From Asterias rubens (taxonomy: Eukaryota): 64,000 nt of DNA. This document shows, piece after piece, positions 54,540 through 64,000 of this stretch. The stretch lies in assembly GCF_902459465.1 (NCBI RefSeq), contig NC_047063.1, forward strand, positions 13,640,001 to 13,704,000. The letters are read 5' to 3'. The notes below the pieces were generated by a model. It saw only the letters and a list, made by a program, of their open reading frames with translations. It ran no database searches and was not told the origin of the DNA. How positions within the stretch are numbered: the stretch's first letter is position 1; each line of letters starts with the position of its first letter. The position numbers were made by a program, and so were the translations under genes.

Positions 54540-54895
54540 AATGCACTGGACACTATTGGTTAATAATTGTTAGCATAAATAATTATTTTGCTAACGAACA
54601 ATGGAAAGCTGTTGATAGTTTAAACCATGATAGATGGCTCCCTATGATGTAAGGTTTGAGAGTGAGGTAATTTCCTCACTCAATTAAATAGAGTACTTCA
54701 ACTAAAGCCTTTTGTTATGCATCTGAAAGCACGTAAAATAATGCAACAAAGGTGTTTTATCTTTCATTAATCTGTTGCAAATTCGACGACAAATTGAGCC
54801 CCAAACTTCACATAATATTGTTATTTATGCATTATGTTAAGAAACACCATGTGACAATATTGGTCTTTGACAATTACCAAACGTGTCTAGTGCCT
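54540..54895 (+). mobile_element. Family A MITE variant
   Basis: gcactggacactattgg ... acgtgtctagtgcct|ttaa. Confidence 0.8.
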
Positions 54896-56269
54896 TTAAG
54901 TAAATTGGCCGGGAGGGTAGTGGCCACCGGAAGCCGCTCCTTAACGCAGTTCATTTTTTTTTTCAACCAGGAATATTCAAAGACTGTTGAGACGTCTCAG
55001 AAGAATTATGATGATTGTTTTTTTTCTTTCTTCTTCTTCTTGTTCTTGTTCCTGGGAACCACTTAGCAGGAGCTTGGCTGTAAGCGCTTGAGGTAGAGTT
55101 TGTAATTAAGGAGTCCGCAATGAAGGGTATAGCCACACCGGGGCAAGGCAACATTAATGAACAAGCAGCTAGGGTTCCTTCAAGTGTCTCGCTATGATGA
55201 GTTCAAGATGCATCGTTTCCCCTCGGTGTTCCGTTTGAAGTTTTCGTCGTCTTAGAAATAACTCAAGCATCTCACTAAAGGGTGGAAATTGAACTTGCCG
55301 ATACTTGGTTGTTGGAAATGAGGGCTTGTGAAACGTGGGTTACATATAGATAAGGTTCGTCGACCCTGAGTTCGACATCGGTGGATTGAGGAGGAGAAAT
55401 AGAGCAAAAGATTACTAGGGAGAGTATAGCTCACGGGATATCTAAGTAAACAGTTCTTCTTCAAAGAGTGGTGGAGTTTGAGAGGAACCATGACTGAGAA
55501 AAGTCTCGAATGTTTGAACAAACAGTAAAAGTGTGTAAGATATAGTAAATTTGCATCGGGGATAAAGTGTGACCTATAAAAAGAGGTCTCTGGTAACACC
55601 ATGTGAATATCTCTTTTTGAGTAGTGGTTAACGACTCAATGTTTTGATCAGTGTGGTCTGATTGTCTTTAAGAGAATGTTGTGATCTCGTCCAAGCATTA
55701 CAACTTTAGGAGGAACCACCAGATCCAGCAACAAGGTTTTTTTTAGTAATTTTTATTGATTTCTACGCAAGTGAAGAAGTTATCCATCTTCACTTCCATA
55801 AAATTTCATTACAACTGAATTGTCTTTTGCTAAATGAAGTTAATAGTTTATTGTTTTATATTTGTAAACTGTTGTAAAAAAAGAAAAGAAAAATGAATAA
55901 GGGTTCAGCAATACATAGATGGTGGAAATACAACGTATCTTTCAAAATTATATTCAAAACTACGATTTTTACTGAGGAATTAAAATCCTATTTTTTGGAA
56001 CAGACTGATAATTACAGAGTGGGTGAACGGAACCTATAATAGGAATCCATACTCACTGTATGATGAACAAAAAAATACATTATACAAATAATGAACACAA
56101 TACATCAATTGTTATAAACACTGTCATCTACCATCCGCGTCTTACTGGACATCATCAGATTACTTGATGATGAAATGCAAATTAAATTTCATGTGTCTCA
56201 TGAGCATCCGATTCTACATACACCCCTGGGTCCCGCTGCTAAGTCTGAAGGTGCCCAAAACCAAACAAA

Positions 56270-56821
56270 CCGGTGTCGGATGCAATTGTGTCCGCCATGT
56301 AATACTGCCCGCTCCGGACACTTTTGCGTATGCAGTCGTGTTCCGGGGCTATGCAAAAACCATCCGGCGGACATGTACATGACTAGCCATGTACATGTAT
56401 GTGCGCGCGTTAGCGAGCGTGCATGCACTGAACCTACGTCCGTATTATGCGGCATGAATATTCACTAATTATTTTTGTGATTGCAGCGAATACCGAACGG
56501 CCGAGCATTTCCCATGTCATTCATGACATGCACTTAGTTAGCTTGTTTAAAAAAGGGGTGAACGTGTCCCGTCGACCACGGTCGTTTAATTTACTGCAAG
56601 GGCGGTTTTGCCAGGGGTGGACACAACTGCATATGCAAATGTGTCCTGGCGGATACAATTGCATTTTGCAGCAGTGTCCGGGCGGACACAATTGCATTAT
56701 GCAGCAGCATCCGGCCGGGCGGACACGATATGCAAAACCGTCCGGCGAACATTATTGCATATGCAATAATGTCTTCCGGATAGTATTGCATAGAGGACAT
56801 CATCATTGCATGCGACACCAG
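56270..56821. mobile_element. MITE with subterminal ccgggcggacacaattgca repeats
   Basis: TIR ccggtgtcggatgcaat / attgcatgcgacaccag; degenerate repeats in opposite orientation at the two ends. It accounts for the ORFs listed at 56164-56902. Confidence 0.65.
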
Positions 56822-56979
56822 AACTGCGCTCAAATTTTTGTTGAGTATTCTTTCCTTTCTTATTATTTCAGGCATTTTTTCTGTCCACTTTGAGAATTTC
56901 ATACATTTTCATCACAAGGTGGGAGGGCTTGATGTTCTACAGCGTAGTCCCGAGTTAGTCCCTTGGCGTTATATCCTGA

Positions 56980-57139
56980 CTTACGGACATTGCCGAGTAT
57001 CACGTAGAAGTATTATTATTATTTTAGATGTTAGCCCAGTATGGGCCTTTTACGAATGATCATCACACCCCGCCTTGCGTACTTATGTATAGCGCCCTCA
57101 ATAGGCAACTGAAGACCACTCAACCTATTGGAATTAGCA
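56980..57139. promoter_or_regulatory. Probable SENP8 promoter/5' UTR, possibly bidirectional
   Basis: CpG-containing stretch just upstream of the SENP8 ATG, with a GC-box-like ccccgcc near 57068. A minus-strand donor (gtcc|GTAAGT, GT at 56984-56983) faces away from SENP8. Confidence 0.5.
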
Positions 57140-57261
57140 ATGGCGGCTGGTTCGGAAGAGAAAGTTCTGAGTTACCACGACAGCCTTTTGAGGAACAATG
57201 ATTTACTTCTTCTTGATGGTCCACATTGGCTAAATGATAAGCTGATTGGGTTTGCATTCGA
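57140..57261 (+). CDS. SENP8: SENP8/NEDP1/DEN1 (NEDD8-specific protease, Ulp1/C48 family), coding exon 1
   Basis: ATG in gcaATGGcg context reads MAAGSEEKVLSYHDSLLRNNDLLLLDGPHWLNDKLIGFAF+GA, then a GTAAGT donor (122 nt, phase 2). It matches my recollection of the human SENP8 N-terminus VLSYMDSLLRQSDVSLLDPPSWLNDHIIGFAFE. Confidence 0.93.
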
Positions 57262-57500
57262 GTAAGTTGCATTTTAGATGTTAGGTTGACGTCCTTGGTA
57301 GGAAATGAGACTAATCGAGTGTTCATGTATTGGATCATTTACACTTAACCAGTTTCGGGAAAATTATTGTGTGCGAGTTACGTTAGAATGCGTGTAAAGT
57401 TTGGTTTATGCATGGATAACTTCAGGATCAGTATTCTAGTATATCGAGCTTTTTACAACATGATGACATGATTATGAATGGTATTCATCCATAAAAAAAG

Positions 57501-57781
57501 GGATAACTTTCCGTATGGCGCCACCACTTTTCCACCCTTTTTTACAAAAAGGGATATCTCATTGTATTGAATTGAGGTAAATTAGATACTATATTATTTC
57601 AGGAAAATTTTCCGTATGGCGCCACCACTTTTTCATTCGATATGAAATAATATAGTACCTTATTTACCTCAATGAGATATCCCTTTTTGTAAAAATGAGT
57701 GAAAAAGTGGTGGCGCCATACGGAAAGTTATCCTTGTTTCATATCGAATGAAAAAGTGGTGGCGCCATACGGAAAAATATC
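57501..57781. mobile_element. Foldback MITE in SENP8 intron 1
   Basis: Four copies of ttccgtatggcgccaccacttt (two forward, two reverse); TIR ggataactttccgtatggcg / cgccatacggaaagttatcc (57501-57733). Confidence 0.75.
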
Positions 57782-58497
57782 AAAAAAATGTAAAGCCCAT
57801 GTTATAATAAACATAGTTTTTATACAAAGCAAAAAGCCTAAAAAAGGGCCTACTGTTCACATTTACAATTTTTTTTTTTATACAAGTCTAGATTCTGAAT
57901 AGGCTTTGTCTAGTGCCAGCTGGATAGCATACAATCGTTGTTGTTGTTGGTTTTTTTTTTTTTTTTTTACTATATGCCATAAAGCTTTTTAATTTTACAA
58001 CAACATAATTGATTTCATGATATCAATATAACCCAGTAAACTGGGGCGCTGTACTATTTTTTTCTTCAAAATTGTGTCGCAAAAGTTTCGAAGAAAAGGA
58101 GTACAGCACCCCAGTTACTTGATGTATATCAATATGGTTGTAAAAAGTAAAACTGTCTAAAATTCTGTAGTGTAAGATAAGATTTAAAGAAGGCTTAACT
58201 ATAAAATAAGTAAATAATTTGGCATGATGTGGGGGGGGGGGTAAGTTGTGGTTTATTTCTATTAAATGTGGCAGTGAGTGCTGCAGTGCTGACAGACTGG
58301 GCGAGTCATTTTTATTTTTTTGTGGACAGTGACTCGGACTTGGTCTCAGAACATCAAGACTCAGACTCTAGCTCGAGGTTGAGTATACTCAACTTGGCTT
58401 GGTTAGAGACCAGCTCAATTGAAAAACAAAAACTCAAACATAAATCCTGTGCTTTAGCTGTAGTAGAACTAGTGGCCAATGTACAATACACTATTAA

Positions 58498-58856
58498 AGG
58501 GAAGGTACAGATTTACGGTAATTACTCAAAACAAATAATAACTTAAATACTGACTTGGTAATAACTAGCATTGGAGAGCTGATTGATAGTATCAAACGTT
58601 GTGGTAAACGATTCCCCCTGAAGAAGCATAGATTTTGAGAAAGAGGTAGTTTCTCACTAAAATAATAAAGACAGAAGTCTTTTATTCCTCTCTGAAAGCA
58701 CACAAATTTGTCCAACAAGGGTGTTTCTTTCATTATTTTCTCGCAACTTCGATGATTGATTGAGCCACAATTTTCACAGGCTTGTTATTTTATGCTTGGG
58801 ATCTACACCAAGTGAGAACACTGCTCTTTGACAATTACCAATCGTGTACAGTGCCT
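58498..58856 (+). mobile_element. Family A MITE variant in SENP8 intron 1
   Basis: TTAA flanks at 58494-58497 and 58857-58860; family body. Confidence 0.8.
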
Positions 58857-59511
58857 TTAAGTGCTAATTTTATGCTTTACTTGATGGACTTGAAATGACA
58901 AGCTGTAGCGTCAGGGCTCGTTGTGTCTGTTCTTTTGTTGCTTCACATTGATCGCTCCATGTAGATTTCCCTACCACCAGAAAGTATTCTAAATTAAGTC
59001 TTTACAAAATGGAGATCAATCTTTAAAATGGTGGGGCAAGAACTGGGCAAGTCTGGTCACTAGTCTGACTGAAATCGCTGGGCACGGTAGAATTTCAGAA
59101 ATGTCGGACTATCAATGTTTACAATTAGGTTTGGTGACTGTAAGCCCTGCCCCCTTTATACAGAAAAAGGTTCCACTTAAAAATTCTCCTCAGAAACTTT
59201 CTGACACAGAGCAATTATGCACGAATATGGCGCAATGGCTTAAAACTTTCAATAGAATTGAAACCCATGGTATAGGATGTCAGTTCAGATGCAAAATGAC
59301 CAATTTGAACAAAATTTGTTCAAGTATTTAAAATACACAATAGCCTAAGGTATCACTGATCAACAGATCAATTTGAAAATAAAAGACCGGCCTACTTGTC
59401 ATTTATGAGTTCACTGGCACAACACTCAAACTACTGACATTGGGTCTGTGGTCTCGGGTAAAATTTGAACCCTGCTCTTAGCACCAGGGACTGACCTTGA
59501 CATGAACTTGA

Positions 59512-59582
59512 AAAGACATTGACATGACCTTGACACGACATTGACATGACCTTGTCATGACCTTGACATGACCTTGACATTA
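59512..59582. repeat. 11-bp tandem repeat (catgaccttga)
   Basis: About 6 degenerate units. Confidence 0.75.
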
Positions 59583-59972
59583 CCTACAATGTACATATGA
59601 TGAGGGACAAGCGCTCATTGTGCAGAGTTGACCTCATACCGAGTTGACACCGTCTACATGTAGACCTTTCAATTGTTGAAACAAACCGTGCTGGTTTGCA
59701 TGGACGGCCAAATGTTAGCAAAACATTCAATGTGTTAACAGATGTTGTGTCCAAGTTCAACACTTTTGCCCCCTTTGGTTAAATAAAGAAAATACAGCCC
59801 ACATTTGGTTGCTTTGTTTCTAATGAACTCAATAATGTTTTTGAAAACTAGACCAAACTTGTTAGGGATGCAAATCATGCTTTATTTATCTGAATTCAGA
59901 TCTTTGTATGTCTTTGTATTCAAATCTCTGTATGTAAGATTCACACAAGTTTTCTGTTTTTTTTATTTACAG

Positions 59973-60061
59973 ATACTTTGAGTACGAAAGATTTAAAAGG
60001 ATTGCCGATAAAGTAGCTTTCATTGGTGCAGAGGTGACGCAGTGCATCAAACTCAGCAATG
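59973..60061 (+). CDS. SENP8: SENP8 coding exon 2
   Basis: Acceptor ttttctgtttttttatttacAG; 89-nt exon; donor G|GTAGGT. Phase-compatible with exon 1 (GA+A=Glu). Reads (E)YFEYERFKRIADKVAFIGAEVTQCIKLSN, aligning to human EYFANSQFHDCSDHVSFISPEVTQFIKCTSN. Confidence 0.9.
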
Positions 60062-60212
60062 GTAGGTGACAATTTAACGTAGGTTCAAGAGTAAAACCAG
60101 TTGAAAACTGCCAAAAAGTACCATGCACCTGATGCTAGCCTAGAAAGTATGGTAATTTGTGTCAGTCTGTGGTACCAGTGTGAGCCGTACAAACAGAAGA
60201 CACGCATGTACC

Positions 60213-60631
60213 CAACCTCGTTCCCATGGGTGATCGATCTCGCCGCGCCATTTTTTCCCAGCATGCCTTGCTCGACCATAACCCCTGGAAGTGTAACTCC
60301 AAAATATTCAAATATAAGGGGTATTACAATTAGTCCTGTGGTTGATCCGTTCTGTGTTGGGCGTTAGTCGTGCACAAGCTGGATGCGCTGTGTGTAATAA
60401 AAGTCATAAACTTGCCTTGGCATTCAGTGTTCTGAAAAAAAAACGTGAATACGTACATCTTTATACACACTAGTTTCGGCGTATAGAGCTTTTTGAAGAC
60501 GCACAGCGTTTCATATTTTGCGCGTATATGATAGCCAATCAAAGACATGGATCGGAGTTTCCCTCCCAGGGGTAAGAGACGTACGCAGAGCTAGCGGGTG
60601 ATACGGCGCGCTGCCCATGGTAGCGAGGTTG
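60213..60631. mobile_element. CA..TG MITE with 9-bp TSD, in SENP8 intron 2
   Basis: TIR caacctcgttcccatggg / cccatggtagcgaggttg; flanks gcatgtacc (60204-60212) and gcatgttcc (60632-60640). Confidence 0.75.
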
Positions 60632-62370
60632 GCATGTTCCCAATGCTTGCCTGTATGGTATGGTAGTTTGTCGCAGTCTGTGTTTACTGGCGCTAGTATG
60701 ACCTGTACAAACAGAAGAAATCCTGAGACCCATTTCTAGCCTAGATGATGGTTTTTTTGTGGCAGTCTGTGTGGAACCAGTGTCTGTACTTGGTAAACAG
60801 ATTCACCCAGTGCTAGCATGGGTGATTTTTTTTCTTTCAGTTTGTCTACAGGTACCACCACAGACTGCCACAAAGTACCATACCATCCAGGCTAGCATTG
60901 GATGTATGGTTTATTCTGTGTGTGTACAGAAACTGGCACCACAGACTTCCACAAAGTACCATATAATCTAGACTAGAAATAGGTCTATGGGTTTCTTCTG
61001 TGTACAGCTGGTGCTGGTGCCAGGAAACCACAGACTGCCACAAAATACCATACCTTCAAGTCTAGCAATGGGTTAATACATAATATTGTTCTGTGTGTAC
61101 GGCTTACACTGTACCACAGACTGCCACAAAGTGCCAGACTGTTCAGGGTTTCCTTTGTTTTTGCATAAACCTTAGATGACACTGCTGCCACAGACTGCCA
61201 CAAAGTACCATCCATGGTAGCTTTTGAAATATCCAGGTTTCTTCAGTTTGTACAGCTGGAAGTACCATGACCTTCCGGGAGTGTTGGGTGCATGGGTTTA
61301 TTCTGTTTGTATATAATATCTAGAACTGTAGTGTGTACTTGATTCTCCTGTCAAGGGCCCGTTGGGTAGGAAAGTACGCCACTAGACCGATCCAGTAGGC
61401 TCTGCGCACGATGTACGTGTGAGCAAGAACACGTGGGGCTCTCCAATGCCTTTCTGCACAACTCTGCCGCGCGCGCCAAGCATACGCGCACGCATGTCGG
61501 ACCTTAGTGTCGGACCTTTGGTGCGTTGTGATTGGTCAATACGCAATGGGGCGGAGCTTAATGGATCGGTCTATTATGTCACACGTAAGTTTTATAGTTA
61601 CACTGTGCATATCACTAATAAAGTGTAAATAGCACATACTCTCTCCCAAGAAACCAATGTTATACCATCCACTATACATGAGGTTGCTTTTGAAAAAACA
61701 AAACACCCCCGGCTCGTCCTTCAAATAGATTGCAGCAATCGAAGTTTTAAATTTGTTTAGTCAGAATTAAATATGTTAATCTGGTCGGACCGAGTAAATG
61801 CTGAGCCAGTAAAGTAAAGACAAGAGCAACAAGGAATAAGATGATACATAGATTCTACACTTTAAATGAACACAGCCCACATTGTAGATTCATCCGAAAA
61901 CTTGAACAATCAAATTAAGCCCTGGTTTACACAGGAAAATAATTGAAGTCGGGGTGGCTGCTTTATTTTTCTAATTTTTTTCAATTTTTAGTTGATTTTG
62001 GGTTGCACATCCGGGGGTCTTTAGTTTGAGTCCCACTTTTGTTAATTTATGTTGGTCAACCCCAAATCATTTAAAATGTATCCAGTCAGGTTCCCTTGTG
62101 GTTTATAATATTTATTTCACTGTTGGTTTATTGGTATTTGTTTATTGTATTCACAAGTTCTCTTTCGTATATTATTATTTTTTAATTGCATTTCTTTATT
62201 GTTTTTAGTTCATTTTTTGGTGTTTGTTGTTTTTACACATTTTTCATTTGTATCCCTTTACAAAAATTCCTTCTGAAAAAATAGCACCCGAAGCCTTTGA
62301 AAATGCCATAAAATGTGATTGTCTGTTGAAACAGCAAATTCAAGGTTTGAAAAGTGAGAATGCTTTACCG

Positions 62371-62656
62371 AACGTTTACATGAGTAGGATGCATAACCAG
62401 CGTAGCGAAACAAAAAACCTCAGGTGGTTCATGTGCATCCACTATACATGTTGCCCAACAGTGCAGAAGCCAATTTCAAATTACGTGTACAGTGATGTAG
62501 TAACTAGCTTCGGAACGTTTACATGAGTAGGATGCATAACCAGCGTAGCGAAACAAAAAACCTCAGGTGGTTCATGTGCATCCACTATACATGTTGCCCA
62601 ACAGTGCAGAAGCCAATTTCAACTTACGTGTACAGTGATGTAGTAACTAGCTTCGG
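62371..62656. repeat. 143-bp tandem duplication
   Basis: 62371-62513 and 62514-62656; I see one mismatch (aaattacg/aacttacg). Confidence 0.9.
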
Positions 62657-63562
62657 TTCTGATGTGATGGGCATGTATATGTCCTTGAGGTTGAACCTGC
62701 CTCAGAATTGGTGCATGGCGAAATGCCAAGGATCAAAAACTAGACCTACATCCTTGGCCTTGCAGCGACTCGCACCACAGTTGATGATGTCAATGTCTTA
62801 GCTAAAGGTCTATACCTGTACAAGCACAGCTCGTTATGTGTATCATCTTGCTCTCATTAAGTTATCATTACGGGAATAAGTTAATTAATATATATACTTG
62901 TTTAATCCACCCATTACATGTACATGGTTTCACTAAAATAGCTGTGGGGTAAAAACACACACATCGGTGTTTAAGGTTTAAAAAAACACACCACGTATTC
63001 GTTACCCCTGATGCAAAAAACATCTATTAAACAAAACCTCAAGTTATAAACCAAAGCGGAAACATACTTGAAAAAATGTTTGAAATAACGTTGTGTACAA
63101 ATCCCGCTCGTAAAGTTTTTCATTTGTATCCCTTAACAAAAATTCATTCTAGAAATTGAGCATCCGAAGCGTCTGAGGGTCTCTTAAAATGTGTTTGTAT
63201 TTGTTCCCTCCAAAACATGTAATGATGCTGTGTCGGGACCGTCATCACTATGCCAAAGGAACGACTGTTTAAAAAATCAAAAATATAATTTGCAAACAAA
63301 ATAGAAAAGACTTTATGTCAAGTCATTCTGTTTCAAAGCAAACTCAGCGGGCTTTGGACCTCACCTTTTACGTCATCCGTTCATAATTACACCAATGACC
63401 GGCTAATCACTTTAGATTTGCCATCTTGCGTTTTAACTCACTTATTTCGAGATCAACCAATTATGAATATAAGCAATGGTGAGTTGGGGTGTCTTTAGGT
63501 GCTATGATCTTGTCTTTGACAGTATTTCAGAAAATATTATTCTCGTTATGATTCGGTGTTAA

Positions 63563-63949
63563 AAACACTGGACACTATTGGTAATTGTCAAAGACCAGGC
63601 AGTCTTCTCACTTGGTGTTTCTCAACATATGCACGAAGTAACAAACCTGTGAAAATTTGAGCTTGATTGGTCGTCGGAGTTGCGAGATAACTATGAAAGA
63701 AAAAACACCCTTGTCGCACGAAGTTGTGTGCTTTCAGATGCTTGATTTCGAGACCTCAAAATCTAGTTCTGAGGTCTTGAAATCAAATTCGTGGTGAATT
63801 ACTTCTTTCTCGAAAACTACGTCACTTTAGAGGGAGCCGTTTCTCACAATGTTTTATACATTACCGTCAACCTCTCCCCATTACTAGTTACCAAGTAAGA
63901 TTTCATGCTAATATTTATTTTGAGTAATTACCAATAGTTACCACTACCT
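63563..63949 (-). mobile_element. Family A MITE (reverse orientation)
   Basis: TTAA flanks at 63559-63562 and 63950-63953; TIRs and internal gagacctc..gaggtct repeat. Confidence 0.85.
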
Positions 63950-64000
63950 TTAAACAGAGAAGTTATGCATTACAAACCAAACAGCTGATAAACTGTTGAT

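Noticed and set aside
57120-57338. 72-aa minus-strand ORF
   Set aside because: Antisense shadow of SENP8 exon 1.
60850-61215. CRISPR-like pattern of ~25-bp repeats separated by ~55-65-bp spacers
   Set aside because: The spacers resemble each other, the repeats are degenerate and also occur inverted, there are no cas genes, and the context is a eukaryotic intron.
62280-62360. Candidate SENP8 exon 3 (APEAFENAIKCDCLLK..)
   Set aside because: Phase fits, but it lacks the conserved FLxPLxL, INDN and HWS motifs, and the acceptor is weak.

Overview
AT-rich, intron-containing animal genomic DNA. The repeat families suggest an echinoderm such as a sea star; this is inference from recalled repeat types, not a search result. 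It is not prokaryotic, and I found no CRISPR array, rRNA or intact tRNA. Only one protein-coding gene is recognisable: the first two coding exons of a SENP8/NEDP1/DEN1 deneddylase orthologue on the + strand (57140-57261 and 59973-60061). The ORF track misses it, and its catalytic exons appear to lie beyond base 64000. Almost all listed ORFs are shadows of repeats or chance. The remaining ~56 kb looks like intron or intergenic DNA packed with non-autonomous DNA transposons: at least four TTAA-flanked Kolobok/T2-type MITE families, Harbinger-like MITEs, a TGT..ACA MITE with 6-bp target duplication, a CA..TG MITE with 9-bp target duplication, and Crypton-like hairpins. tRNA-derived SINEs and several minisatellites are also present. 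Minus-strand splice donors, a TATA+Inr core promoter and a donor just upstream of the SENP8 start suggest a large divergently transcribed gene with alternative non-coding first exons, but its coding exons could not be identified. Coordinates were counted by hand, and the ends of degenerate repeats are approximate.
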